Program-made: the position numbers and the translations under genes
Shown here: positions 1 to 9,627 of the stretch, in pieces
How positions within the stretch are numbered: position 1 is the first letter of the stretch
Layout of the letters: each line of letters begins with the position of its first letter
Notes under the pieces: generated by a model
What the model was told of the DNA's origin: nothing
What the model saw: only the letters and a program-made list of their open reading frames with translations
Database searches by the model: none
Virus record (IMG/VR): IMGVR_UViG_3300046747_000409
Strand: one strand, 5' to 3'
DNA from: an uncultured virus (IMG/VR IMGVR_UViG_3300046747_000409)
Taxonomy: Duplodnaviria > Heunggongvirae > Uroviricota > Caudoviricetes
Length of the DNA stretch: 55,691 nucleotides

Positions 1-881
1 TGGACATGCTGGTCGACCTCGACGAGGCGTACAAGGTTTTCCTGCAGAAGCGTAAGGCAGCCAAAGGAATCAAGGACGAGGACCAGTCGCCTGAGGCCGT
101 GCGTGCCCGCAAGCTGGTTGACGACATCAAGCTCTTCCGCAATTTCGCCAAGCCGGTAGGCCTGGGCTTCCCCGGGGGGCTGGGGGCCAAGACGCTGGTG
201 ACGTTCGCCCTCACCACGTACGGCGTGGTCATGACCCTCGATCAGGCGAACGTGTTCCGCGAGCTCTGGCGTGAGATCTACCCGGAGATGCCTGAGTTCT
301 CCAAGTGGCTCAACAACCAAGTCGACACATCCAACGTCGACTCGAAGGGCGGCGAGACGTACTGGTACGAAACGCAAGGTTTCAACCGGATGCGTGCCGG
401 AGCGGGTTACTGCGCGGCGATGAACGGCAAGTCGATGCAGTCGCTCTCTTCCGACGGTGCGAAGCGGGGCGTGGCGTGGTTGGCGCGCGCTTGTTACAGC
501 GGCTACCAGCTCGACCACCCGTACAGCCTCCTGAGTGGATGCGTCCCATCGGCGTTCATTCATGACGAAAATCTCGTCGGCATCGCTGACGACATCATCA
601 TGACCGAGCGCGCCCTGCTGGTGAGCAAGGTCATGATCGACGCCATGCAGATCAGCATGCCTGACGTCCTGATCGGCTGCGAGCCTGCCGCCATGCGCCG
701 CTGGACGAAGAAGGCGGAGGCGATCTGGGAAGACGACCACACTCGCGCCAACATGGTCAAGCAGTACCTGTGCGACACGAGCGGCGAGACGTTCTACCGG
801 AACCTCGTGACCACACTCGGGCCGACGTACAACCCGAACAAGCGCCTGATCCCTTATGACGACGTGCATGCGGTGATCTGA
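1..881 (+). CDS. DNA polymerase family A, C-terminal part (5'-truncated by window edge)
   Basis: Motif B-like RNFAKPVGLGFPGGLG, AMNGKSMQS..SDG and motif C AFIHDE; frame is open to the left edge. Confidence 0.9.
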   Translation, partial: DMLVDLDEAYKVFLQKRKAAKGIKDEDQSPEAVRARKLVDDIKLFRNFAKPVGLGFPGGLGAKTLVTFALTTYGVVMTLDQANVFRELWREIYPEMPEFSKWLNNQVDTSNVDSKGGETYWYETQGFNRMRAGAGYCAAMNGKSMQSLSSDGAKRGVAWLARACYSGYQLDHPYSLLSGCVPSAFIHDENLVGIADDIIMTERALLVSKVMIDAMQISMPDVLIGCEPAAMRRWTKKAEAIWEDDHTRANMVKQYLCDTSGETFYRNLVTTLGPTYNPNKRLIPYDDVHAVI

Positions 882-1021
882 TGCGCATCGTCTTGCTGCT
901 CTTTTTCGCTGCCGTGGGTCAGTACCTCTGGCACTTCCTTTGCCGCCCCCGGGTGGTCGCCTTCCTGGCGCGCCGCCGTAGAAAGAATCGAGACGATCAT
1001 GACATTAACCCCAACCCCTGA
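881..1021 (+). CDS. small membrane protein (46 aa)
   Basis: ATG overlaps polA stop (TGATG); MRIVLLLFFAAVGQYLWHFL hydrophobic stretch then basic tail; below the ORF-track cutoff, translated by hand. Confidence 0.5.
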   Translation: MRIVLLLFFAAVGQYLWHFLCRPRVVAFLARRRRKNRDDHDINPNP

Positions 1022-1685
1022 GCAGCAGGCTCGTGACAGCGCACCACAGTGGGTAGGCATGGAAACGTCCCCCGGAGGCATTGCGTACGCTGACGAACCC
1101 ATCCAGAGTAGCGTCAACGACGCTGCGGCGTGCCGGCAACAAGACGCGGACATCGCTGACTGCGTGGCGATGTTGGTCACAGGGCTCACCAAGCCGTGGG
1201 TGATCAAGAACCAGACGCGCTCCGCGTGGATGGGGCAGTACGTGCCCCCGATCCTGTTAGAGGTGGGCTGGCTGTCCTGGCAGTTGAGTACCTGCAACAT
1301 GGCGGTGGCGGACGCCGGAGAGTATCGCAACAACACAGGGCACGGCTCGACCTTCTACGTCAGCGTAGGTACTCAGAAGATCGTGCTGCCCGACAGTAAG
1401 CAGCGGAACAAACTGCAAGGTGAACTGCGTGACTGCCACGAGGCATTCGCAGCTCGTGCACGCAAGATCATCTTGGCCAAGATCGCAGAGTGCCCCGAGG
1501 GCGAACTCGCTCTGGACGAGCAAGTGAGCGGGGTCTGCTGCGGTCAGACTGCGTTCTTCCCGAGCCATCACGACAGCTGCGTGCAACTGATGGCCACGCT
1601 CAACGACGAGCACAAGAAAATCGTCTCGCCGGCTTTCGATCTGCTGAAGGAGCAACTCAAGAGCCTCGCGTTGAGGTCGGCGTGA
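999..1685 (+). CDS. hypothetical protein
   Basis: 228-aa ORF, phage-like codon use, stop overlaps next start. Confidence 0.7.
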   Translation: MTLTPTPEQQARDSAPQWVGMETSPGGIAYADEPIQSSVNDAAACRQQDADIADCVAMLVTGLTKPWVIKNQTRSAWMGQYVPPILLEVGWLSWQLSTCNMAVADAGEYRNNTGHGSTFYVSVGTQKIVLPDSKQRNKLQGELRDCHEAFAARARKIILAKIAECPEGELALDEQVSGVCCGQTAFFPSHHDSCVQLMATLNDEHKKIVSPAFDLLKEQLKSLALRSA

Positions 1686-2329
1686 CCAGCCTTATCGACC
1701 GCCTCCGCACTACGCCCGTGATCACCTACAAGGTGCGCTTCATCGGCATCGATCCCGACCTGCACAACACCGGGTGGGCGATGGTGACCGCCGAGTGGAC
1801 GACCCCACGCACCGCGGCGACCAAGTACACCGAGCTCAGCGGAGGGCTCCTGAGCGTGAAGTCGTCCCTGCGTGGACTGGACGCGGCCAACGCCTCGATC
1901 ACTCGGCTGGCAGAGCTCATCACCCCGTACGATTTCGATGCAGCGCAGCCCCCGGTGCTGGTCGCTGAAGGACAGCAGGTATACCCAGACCCCGACGCGG
2001 ATCGGGCCGAGATCATCGGTAAGGCGAACGACCTGCTCATGTTGGCTCAGGTGACCGGGGCCGCACTCGGAATCGCCATCAAGCGGGGGTGCTCAGCACA
2101 CGCGGTCCTCCCCCGCACCTGGAAGGGCCAGAAAAAGAAAGAACCGCACCAGCTGCACCTGCTGAGCCAAGTATGCGGCCTCGGTCTAGCGGGCGCCACG
2201 CTCGACGGCCACCTCATCAGCAAGCTCCCCCAGAAGTACAACCACGCCATGGATGCCGTCGGCATCGCCCTGTGGGCCGCTGAACAGGCGTCCATGGGCT
2301 TGTTGGCAATTCAAAACACGGCAGGCTGA
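1682..2329 (+). CDS. RuvC-like Holliday junction resolvase
   Basis: FIGIDPD..NTGWA, EGQ, P.TWKG, HAMDAVGIALWA acidic RNase H-fold pattern; GTG start overlapping upstream TGA. Confidence 0.8.
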   Translation: MTSLIDRLRTTPVITYKVRFIGIDPDLHNTGWAMVTAEWTTPRTAATKYTELSGGLLSVKSSLRGLDAANASITRLAELITPYDFDAAQPPVLVAEGQQVYPDPDADRAEIIGKANDLLMLAQVTGAALGIAIKRGCSAHAVLPRTWKGQKKKEPHQLHLLSQVCGLGLAGATLDGHLISKLPQKYNHAMDAVGIALWAAEQASMGLLAIQNTAG

Positions 2330-2335
2330 CGTACC

Positions 2336-3064
2336 ATGGCTGACCAGCTCATCTATCTTGTCGAGACCGTGACCGCCGCCATGGAGGATCACGACCCCGT
2401 GTGCTTGTCCGACAGCGGCCTTGCGGCCAAGCTCGGGGATGGGTTCGAGGTCATCAGCACGATGCCGACCAAGAAGGTCACCATCGGCAAGAAGGTTTCG
2501 GTCACTCCGATGTTGCTCCGGCAAGCAGGCGGGGCCAAGAACGCCGTGGCACTCCACCGCGAGCAACCCAGTCCCCGCCGGGATGGGTTCGAGATCACCA
2601 ACCGCGACGAGGGCTATGACGGCGGAGGTCACTCCGGAGGGCTCATCACCCAGATGATGAGCAAGCTCACCACCGCGCTCACCAACCTGGGCGACGGCGC
2701 TTCGCACCTTGGTGCCCCTCGCAACCACAGCATGCCGGGAATGACCATCGTGAGTGGGGAACTGGTATCCAAGGCCTGGGACACCGGCATGAACGCGGCC
2801 CGCTGCGGCCATCCTCGGTCGAGCTGCCCCTTCCCTGTGGGCTCTGAACCAGCGACCAAGTGGCTGCAGGGCTACAAGAAGGGCGCAGAAGCCGATGTGA
2901 ACGTCGGCTCGAAGGCGTTGGGGACGATTGAAGAGGATGCGTACGCGCTGGCAAAGTCGCTCGACGTTAACGACGTGGTCGACTGCCCGTACGCTCCCGG
3001 ATCGGAGAAGCACTCGGCGTGGTTGGCCGGGTTCAAGCGCGGGGGCGGCAGGGTCGAAAACTAA
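2336..3064 (+). CDS. protein with two tandem Rmf/CrpP-like domains at the C-terminus
   Basis: AWDTGMNAARCG..SSCPF....KWLQGYKKG and DCPY....SAWLAGFKRG resemble the Rmf pattern G..AG..G....CPY......WL.GW. Confidence 0.6.
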   Translation: MADQLIYLVETVTAAMEDHDPVCLSDSGLAAKLGDGFEVISTMPTKKVTIGKKVSVTPMLLRQAGGAKNAVALHREQPSPRRDGFEITNRDEGYDGGGHSGGLITQMMSKLTTALTNLGDGASHLGAPRNHSMPGMTIVSGELVSKAWDTGMNAARCGHPRSSCPFPVGSEPATKWLQGYKKGAEADVNVGSKALGTIEEDAYALAKSLDVNDVVDCPYAPGSEKHSAWLAGFKRGGGRVEN

Positions 3065-4908
3065 TGAAACTCGTCGCCCGGTTGATGCATCGCCACATTG
3101 AGGTGAAGCAGGACGGAGGCTTCGGCACAGAAAGCCGCTCGGCTCTGCGCGCCGTGGCCGAGGAGGCCACCTGGGACGGCAAGCGCGCCACCTGGATCTA
3201 CGAGTACAGCCCCGGCGTCCTTCCGGCCTTGCGTGAAGCCGCCAGCATGCTGGAAGCGACGCTCGTCCTGGACGATCAGCTGCACGCTCAAGAGGTACGC
3301 ATCCAGGCGGCGCAGGACCACGAATGGGTGATCCGCAAGCTCATCCAGACCTTCATCGACGACAAGAAGCTGCCCATCGCCCCGCACAACACGGCGCCCG
3401 TGCCTCCGCCCTGGCGGCACCAGTCGATCGCGTTCCATTGGGCGATGCGGATCAGCAACCTGTACCTCGCCCTCAAGCCCGGCCTAGGGAAGACGCGCAT
3501 CGGCTCGGACGTCGTCCGAGGAAAGTTCGAGGTGGGCCAGATCTCCGCGCCAGAGCACTTCGAGCTCCCCGAGCGTCCGAGCACCGCCGACCCTACACGT
3601 CGCCTTCCTGCTCGCTGGGGAATCTCCGGCGGCGTGCTGGTGGTGTGCCCGAGCGTCGTGCTCGGTGAGTGGCACCAGCAGCTCCAGATCTGGCAGGCGA
3701 TCGAAGCCATCACCATCACCGGCTCGGCCGAGCGCAAACGCTACCGAGCAGGCCTGCGGAATTGGGTACACGTCTGCTCCTACGACAGCCTGGAGTCGGT
3801 CGAGGGCAACCAGTACGACGGCATCATCGCGGACGAAGCGCACTTCATGGCCAATGAGGAGAGCAACCGCTTCCGGCGCATGATCAACCTGCGCGCCACC
3901 GCCAAGTGGGTGATCGCCCTCAGTGGTACGCCGGTGTCGAACATGCTCCCGTCGCTGTGGGCGCAATTCTACTGGCTCGATCTCGGCCGCAGCCTGGGGC
4001 CGACCTACGAGCATTACCGCAAGAAGTACTTCACGGGGTCGGGTCGGGACTTGGAGGCGAAGAACACTTCAGCAACCCGTGTCAGCGCCGCGATCAGCCG
4101 CGTCACCATGTTCCTCACCATGGACGAGGCGTTCCCAGGCGAGCACAAGAAGATCCATCAGGTCATTCGCATTCCGATGACCGACGAGCAGCTCAAGTAT
4201 TACGAGATGGTGCGCGAGAAACAGGCGGCCGACATCGTCGCCGGTACCGTGACGCTCCTCCAAGCAACCACTCGCCTCACGAAGCTGCTCCAGATCGTTC
4301 AAGGGTACGTGTACGACGACAACCACAAGGTGCAGGAGTTCAGCAGCGCCAAGCTGCGCGCGCTGGAGGACATGATCACCGGCAAGGGTGATCTCGCCAA
4401 CGAACGCTGCCTCATCTGGTGTGATCTCGACCCCGACGCGGACAAGCTCGTCCGTCTCATGGAGAAGCACGGCATCAAGCATCTGGTCCTGCGCGGCGGA
4501 ATGCTGGATAATCAAAAGAAGGAAATGGCCGAAAAGTGGCAGACGGACCACACGTACCGGTACCTCATCGGCAAGATCTCCATGGGCATCGGCATCAACC
4601 TGCATGCGCCACGGTGCGTCGACGCCGAGGGCAAGCCCGCCAAATGCAAAACAACGATTTTCTACGGCATGAACTGGCGGGTGACCCAGCTGGAGCAGGC
4701 AATGGATCGTACCTACCGCGGCGACCAGACGGAAACGTGCCTGTACCGCTACCTCCTGAGCGACGATCTCGATTCGGTCGATGCTGACGGCGAGCCCCTG
4801 AAGCCTATCGACGCGCGCCTGTACGAGTGCCTCTTGGGTAAGCTCGATCAGGCCACCGCCATCAGTGAAGACAGCAGTGATTACGTACGCGGGCTCCTAG
4901 CAGCCTGA
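3064..4908 (+). CDS. SNF2-family (SF2) helicase
   Basis: PGLGKT Walker A, VVCP, DEAH, LSGTPVSN, GIGINL, QAMDRTYRGDQ. Confidence 0.9.
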   Translation: MKLVARLMHRHIEVKQDGGFGTESRSALRAVAEEATWDGKRATWIYEYSPGVLPALREAASMLEATLVLDDQLHAQEVRIQAAQDHEWVIRKLIQTFIDDKKLPIAPHNTAPVPPPWRHQSIAFHWAMRISNLYLALKPGLGKTRIGSDVVRGKFEVGQISAPEHFELPERPSTADPTRRLPARWGISGGVLVVCPSVVLGEWHQQLQIWQAIEAITITGSAERKRYRAGLRNWVHVCSYDSLESVEGNQYDGIIADEAHFMANEESNRFRRMINLRATAKWVIALSGTPVSNMLPSLWAQFYWLDLGRSLGPTYEHYRKKYFTGSGRDLEAKNTSATRVSAAISRVTMFLTMDEAFPGEHKKIHQVIRIPMTDEQLKYYEMVREKQAADIVAGTVTLLQATTRLTKLLQIVQGYVYDDNHKVQEFSSAKLRALEDMITGKGDLANERCLIWCDLDPDADKLVRLMEKHGIKHLVLRGGMLDNQKKEMAEKWQTDHTYRYLIGKISMGIGINLHAPRCVDAEGKPAKCKTTIFYGMNWRVTQLEQAMDRTYRGDQTETCLYRYLLSDDLDSVDADGEPLKPIDARLYECLLGKLDQATAISEDSSDYVRGLLAA

Positions 4909-4950
4909 GTTGCAGCCTGATTTTTGTTGCTAGATCAACAGTTTGACGTA

Positions 4951-5775
4951 ATGCAAGAGGCTATGCCAACCAGCATTCAATGGCGTCCCATGCCGATTAC
5001 TCCTGAAGACCCGGAAGATCCGGGCTGGCGGGAGGGTCGGGCGGTGCGCGCACAGCACCGGGCATTGATGGCCTGCCGTTGGCGTGACCTCGAAGCGCGG
5101 GCTGAGGACAAGCGATCGGGACGTCTCCCCTCCGACTGGCACGCGTGGATGGGGTGCCCGATGTCAGACCCCCTGCAGCCGAATGATGGATACCAGCAGC
5201 AGGGGTGCACCTGCGACAAGCCAGTGGTGAACGACCCTCGCCAGAAGCGGGAACAAGATCGACTGCACCGCGCCGCACTGTGCGCCTACCTGCGACGCCC
5301 CGACGCGGTCGAATTGCTCTCTGATGCAGGTGCCGGTAGTAGTCGCTCGATCGAGCCTGCGCTACCGGTTGGGGTTGTGTGGGTCCAATCTATTGACTCA
5401 CCTCCCACTCCCAGCATCCTGCGACCTCATACTCAGCATGCCCCCAATGCTCTACACCAGTCGAATCGCGTCGTGGCTCAAAAGCCTGTGGCCGAAGCCG
5501 GCGCCCGCGCCAGCTCCCGTTTCAGCTCCCGCCCCGGACGTCCCCTCACCATACAAGACCGTCACAGCGCCACGGCGCACGGTGGTAGTGAACGGCGACC
5601 TGTCGGCAGGCAGCCACTTGGGCGACTCGGGGGTGAGCCCCGGCAGCCAGCTGCCCGACAGCAACGCCGTTCATTTCGTATCGCGTCATGGATTGCAGGA
5701 GCACGGCGTGCTCTGTCCTGCGTGTGGCCAGTTGGCCGCGCGTCCAGGGGAGTGGGACAAAGTACACCCGAGTGA
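4951..5775 (+). CDS. hypothetical protein, 3' extent doubtful (overlaps next gene by ~340 nt)
   Basis: First ~130 codons look coding; the rest reads like a shadow frame of 5438..6352. Confidence 0.3.
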   Translation: MQEAMPTSIQWRPMPITPEDPEDPGWREGRAVRAQHRALMACRWRDLEARAEDKRSGRLPSDWHAWMGCPMSDPLQPNDGYQQQGCTCDKPVVNDPRQKREQDRLHRAALCAYLRRPDAVELLSDAGAGSSRSIEPALPVGVVWVQSIDSPPTPSILRPHTQHAPNALHQSNRVVAQKPVAEAGARASSRFSSRPGRPLTIQDRHSATAHGGSERRPVGRQPLGRLGGEPRQPAARQQRRSFRIASWIAGARRALSCVWPVGRASRGVGQSTPE

Positions 5776-6352
5776 CAATCACGGGGAAGGCATCGCCTGC
5801 GCTTGCGGCGTCATGCTCTTTGCGTCCCCTGACGACGACCTCGATCCCGTGAAGCCCGGCGAGAAGTACGACGAGGCGATCTATCACCGGTTCGTTCGGC
5901 ATGAAGCATGGAAGCCCGCACGCCACCGAGTGGCCATGCGAGCGGTCACGCTCAACGACTGGGTGACCATCCGCGGATGCACGACGACCGTGTTCAATCG
6001 ACCCGATGACGCGCAGGGCGTGATCCACAATCTGGACGGTGGCGAAGCCCGGGTCGAACGGATTGAGGAGACTCGCGCATTCATCGCCCTGGCTGGCAAC
6101 TCAGGCATCGGCGGTAGTCGCGATCTGGGGGGCGCATGGGCCTGGGTTCCGCTCTCGTGCATCCACCCGATGGCACTGCCGTCGATCGCCATTGACGACC
6201 GTGTGCGTGTGTTGCGCGGCCCTCTCAAAGGTTCCGAGGGCGTTGTCGAGCAGATGAACAAGGGCGTCATTTCGCTCAGGACTGACGACCACAAGCTGAT
6301 CTCGGCGAACGTCGAACTTATCGAAAAAACCGAACCAACCATGCTCATCTGA
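5438..6352 (+). CDS. Zn-ribbon plus C-terminal KOW-motif protein
   Basis: CPACG...CACG; C-terminal DDRVRVLRGPLKGSEGVV is a KOW (NusG CTD-like) motif. Confidence 0.6.
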   Translation: MPPMLYTSRIASWLKSLWPKPAPAPAPVSAPAPDVPSPYKTVTAPRRTVVVNGDLSAGSHLGDSGVSPGSQLPDSNAVHFVSRHGLQEHGVLCPACGQLAARPGEWDKVHPSDNHGEGIACACGVMLFASPDDDLDPVKPGEKYDEAIYHRFVRHEAWKPARHRVAMRAVTLNDWVTIRGCTTTVFNRPDDAQGVIHNLDGGEARVERIEETRAFIALAGNSGIGGSRDLGGAWAWVPLSCIHPMALPSIAIDDRVRVLRGPLKGSEGVVEQMNKGVISLRTDDHKLISANVELIEKTEPTMLI

Positions 6353-6368
6353 GCAAGCGAGTATCCCC

Positions 6369-6944
6369 ATGGCCTTCCTCATCCCCGTCCAGCAGCTTCC
6401 GACCGAGAAAATCGGAGACTTCAACAAGCGCCTGCAGGGGGCCTGCATGCAAGAGGACGATCAGGATCAACCGATCACCATCACTGATGCGACGCTGACC
6501 GTCGTGGACGGCCTTCCCCTGGTGCTCTTGACCGCAGAGATGACTGAGGCGACTGAGGAAGACGTGGAGAATGATGAACCGGAGGAGGGGCAGCCTCGCC
6601 TGAAGGAAGGCGACCTCATTCCAGCCGGTCCTGGTTTGATCGTCCAGGTCATGGGGCTGGATGCCACCACGGACGAGCGCGCCTCCAAGTCACAGGGGCG
6701 GTTGAACAGCTTGGCCACGCGCTTCGGTGGAGAGGTACTGCACACCTCCACAGCGGTGGGCACCGTGATCGCGTTGGTGGATGTGCACGAAGGCGATGCC
6801 AAGGATCCAAGCAAGGTCGTCAAAAAGCAGGTTCCTGTGCGTAAGGATGTCACCTTCCTGATGGTCGCTTATGACCTGGACACCTGGGATCAGAGCGACC
6901 AGTCGACCGAGGACATCAAGAAGACGATCAGCGGTAAGCGCTGA
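6369..6944 (+). CDS. hypothetical acidic protein
   Basis: 191-aa ORF in tight gene packing. Confidence 0.7.
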   Translation: MAFLIPVQQLPTEKIGDFNKRLQGACMQEDDQDQPITITDATLTVVDGLPLVLLTAEMTEATEEDVENDEPEEGQPRLKEGDLIPAGPGLIVQVMGLDATTDERASKSQGRLNSLATRFGGEVLHTSTAVGTVIALVDVHEGDAKDPSKVVKKQVPVRKDVTFLMVAYDLDTWDQSDQSTEDIKKTISGKR

Positions 6945-7495
6945 TGGACGTCATTCAAAATCCGTTAGCGGATGATGGCGAAGCGGCCGATCTCGCGCGT
7001 AAGCGGGCGATCGATCTGAAGGCCGCCACAGCCAAGACCGCCGCCGACTGGATCGACATCTACAAGGAGGTCGTCTACGGGAGCGTGCAGTCGGTCCTGG
7101 AAAAGAACGGCCAAGGGTCCGATGTCTCGCCTAAACTGGCTGAGTATCAAGGCTCCTTCGCCGCAGTGCGGGACGCTTTTTCAGCGCAAGGACTCGACCT
7201 CAATGAGGAGGTGGATTGGCAGGGCCCGGTCCCCATCATCGACCCGAAATCCAACCTGATCATGGGCCTTGAGTGGCCGCATGGTCAGGAGGTCACGTTC
7301 TTCTGGCCGAATGGAGAGCGGCTGACGTTTCGTGGCCAGAAGGCCCTGGTTGCGGTCACCTTCATTATGTGGTGGGCCAACTTCCAGCCGGGCTTCGCGA
7401 AGATCCAGGGCAAGGAGCCGGAAGGCCAGCGTCGCTTAATCGAGCCCGGATCGCCCGATTGGCACAACTACATGAAGGGTCGCCCGAAGGGCTGA
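6944..7495 (+). CDS. hypothetical protein
   Basis: 183-aa ORF, TGATG coupling. Confidence 0.7.
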   Translation: MDVIQNPLADDGEAADLARKRAIDLKAATAKTAADWIDIYKEVVYGSVQSVLEKNGQGSDVSPKLAEYQGSFAAVRDAFSAQGLDLNEEVDWQGPVPIIDPKSNLIMGLEWPHGQEVTFFWPNGERLTFRGQKALVAVTFIMWWANFQPGFAKIQGKEPEGQRRLIEPGSPDWHNYMKGRPKG

Positions 7496-7497
7496 GC

Positions 7498-8310
7498 ATG
7501 CACCACACCATCGTGTTCGCACCGAAGAAGGTTGCCGTCGAGCGACGCGCGAGCGCCACGGCGTGGGCGAAGCGTCAACACCCTGGCGCAACCAAAGTGA
7601 CCGCCATCGACACGTTCGAGGCCGCGGTGGCACGGACGGTCGCGCTACGTGAGCGCAACGAGCAGGCGACGCTCTTGCTCAACCCGAGCGACCTGCACCC
7701 GGCCAAGGACGACGTGCAGATCAGCAATCAGGAGTGGTCCGAGGCATGTATCGCGTTCTTGGACACCAACAGCATCACGTACGTGATCCAAGGGAAGCAG
7801 GCGGCATCGCCGCGCAAGAGCGTCAGTGAAGCTATCAGCGGCTTCATTCGGGCCACCAAGCGCGTGACCGAACGAGTGCGCGCAATGCTCACCTCCGAGC
7901 GTCAGCTCATTCGAGCGAAGGTGGATGGATACCTGTGCGGGCGCCCTCCGTACGGATACTCGATCGTCGACGGCAAGTTCGCCATCAACGAGGAGCAGGC
8001 CGCCGCCGTGAAATTTATTTTCACCCGAGTGCGCGCCGGGGACAACCCCACCGAGCTCACGTCCAAGCTGACTGCCGAGTACGCCATCGGAGGCGTGATC
8101 AAAGGCAAAGCCCAGTTCTGGGACCGAGTGAAGGTGCGCCGCATCCTCAAGAACGCCCGCTTGTACTGCCTTGGCGAGTACTGCGGCGGTCGGCTGACCA
8201 AGCCAGTCTACTTGCCAGGAAACGCCTTCTTGCCTCCTGAATGGGTCGGCACGCGCTTCCCGGCGCACGGCTCAGCATCACAACCACAGACCATCAAGGA
8301 AATCGCATGA
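7498..8310 (+). CDS. serine-recombinase-like protein retaining the recombinase DNA-binding domain, catalytic motif absent
   Basis: GYLCGRPPYGY...INEEQAAAVKFIF...W....VRRILKN..Y; N-terminus lacks YxRVS and DRxxR. Confidence 0.65.
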   Translation: MHHTIVFAPKKVAVERRASATAWAKRQHPGATKVTAIDTFEAAVARTVALRERNEQATLLLNPSDLHPAKDDVQISNQEWSEACIAFLDTNSITYVIQGKQAASPRKSVSEAISGFIRATKRVTERVRAMLTSERQLIRAKVDGYLCGRPPYGYSIVDGKFAINEEQAAAVKFIFTRVRAGDNPTELTSKLTAEYAIGGVIKGKAQFWDRVKVRRILKNARLYCLGEYCGGRLTKPVYLPGNAFLPPEWVGTRFPAHGSASQPQTIKEIA

Positions 8311-8735
8311 CCCCTTTCTTCATCATCGTCAAACCCGACGAAATCAACGGACGCTTGGCTGCACTCGGGAACAAGATCCTGGTCCACCTCCCCAACTACT
8401 TCCCGGTGTACCACTCCCAGCCCGTCATCGCCGACGACAGCAAGCAGGTGTTCAAAATCCTGGTTGCCGACGACTTGTTCGATGAGATCGACGAAGGCGG
8501 CGTCATTCAGCCGCGCTTGTGGCAGGGTGCCAAGGGCCAGCGCAGCCGCCCAGGCGATCTGGTTACGGTCGAAGTCACCGCCGCCAGCAACGACCTGTCG
8601 GACCTGCCTCCGAACGTGCAGCTGGCAGCGGCACTGGTCGCCAACGCCGAAGTCGTCCCGGTCCTGGAGGCGCGCACCGTTGGTCAGATCAATGAGTGGG
8701 CGCTCGCTCAGCTCACCCAATTCGAGAAGGGCTGA
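8307..8735 (+). CDS. hypothetical protein
   Basis: ATGA overlap with upstream stop. Confidence 0.65.
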   Translation: MTPFFIIVKPDEINGRLAALGNKILVHLPNYFPVYHSQPVIADDSKQVFKILVADDLFDEIDEGGVIQPRLWQGAKGQRSRPGDLVTVEVTAASNDLSDLPPNVQLAAALVANAEVVPVLEARTVGQINEWALAQLTQFEKG

Positions 8736-8738
8736 GTC

Positions 8739-9005
8739 ATGCCGCTTGATCAGGCTCAGAAGGCGCGCGTCGGTTCCCTCTTGGTCGGGCTCCTCAAAGG
8801 GTCCGTCGACCTGGGCATCGCCTCGCTGCCCCTTCTGAGCCTGTACAAGCAAGCCAAGGACGAAAAAGTACCGTTTTTCGACTTGGTGATCGCGAGCCCG
8901 GAAGCGACCGCCGGCTTGATGGACGCCATGAAGCGTCAGGCGAAAAAGCTGCCGCCCACCGTCATTCTGGCGATGGAAGAGATTATCCGATCCGCAAAGG
9001 AGTAA
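8739..9005 (+). CDS. hypothetical protein
   Basis: 88-aa ORF in operon. Confidence 0.6.
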   Translation: MPLDQAQKARVGSLLVGLLKGSVDLGIASLPLLSLYKQAKDEKVPFFDLVIASPEATAGLMDAMKRQAKKLPPTVILAMEEIIRSAKE

Positions 9006-9008
9006 GTC

Positions 9009-9413
9009 ATGACCGTCATCAAAGCGTCCGAGGTCGACAGGCAGATGGGGATGCAGATCGACCCCAACTCGGTACCGCGCCATGATGGCGGCGACCCGGG
9101 TGCGATGCGGGGCGTGATCGCCCCTGGCTCCGAGCACCAGCGGCAGTCGTCCCAAGAGCTGCGTCGCGGCTCGCTCGTCTATTCGGAGAAGGAGCTGGGC
9201 GAACGCGGGTTCTTCGGCTCGCAGACGGTCATCAGCGTGAACGCCGCCGAAGAGCTCGACGCCAAGCTCGATCCGACGGCAGCCAAGCCCGCAGAGCCCG
9301 GCAAACCCATCGCGCTGCCTCCGCCACCGAAGACGGCGCCAAACGCCCCACCACGGTCACCTGCGGCCATCCTTGCTCGCTGTGGGTACAAGAAGCCCCC
9401 GGGTATGCCTTGA
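9009..9413 (+). CDS. hypothetical protein with Pro-rich tail
   Basis: 134-aa ORF in operon. Confidence 0.6.
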   Translation: MTVIKASEVDRQMGMQIDPNSVPRHDGGDPGAMRGVIAPGSEHQRQSSQELRRGSLVYSEKELGERGFFGSQTVISVNAAEELDAKLDPTAAKPAEPGKPIALPPPPKTAPNAPPRSPAAILARCGYKKPPGMP

Positions 9414-9625
9414 TCGTGCTGTACGGCTGGCTGGCCATCGGCTTCGTCTATTGCGCATGGTCGCAATGGCGCCTGGGGTCCATCACGGCCAATGTCATCG
9501 CGGTGTTGCGTACCCTTGGCGTGGAAGATCGGTGGGCGCAAGTTGTTGGGGTGATCTCGTACATGGTCTTCACGATCCTCCTGTGGCCGATCCCCTTGTG
9601 GCTCCTAATTTCGCGGAGACTGTGA
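9410..9625 (+). CDS. small membrane protein
   Basis: Two hydrophobic segments; TTG start overlaps upstream stop. Confidence 0.55.
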   Translation: MIVLYGWLAIGFVYCAWSQWRLGSITANVIAVLRTLGVEDRWAQVVGVISYMVFTILLWPIPLWLLISRRL

Positions 9626-9627
9626 CC

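Noticed and set aside
4900..4940. GCAGCCTGA direct repeat and TGTTG/CAACA dyad after the helicase as an att site
   Set aside because: Too short, no partner site seen elsewhere, and gene content is viral on both sides
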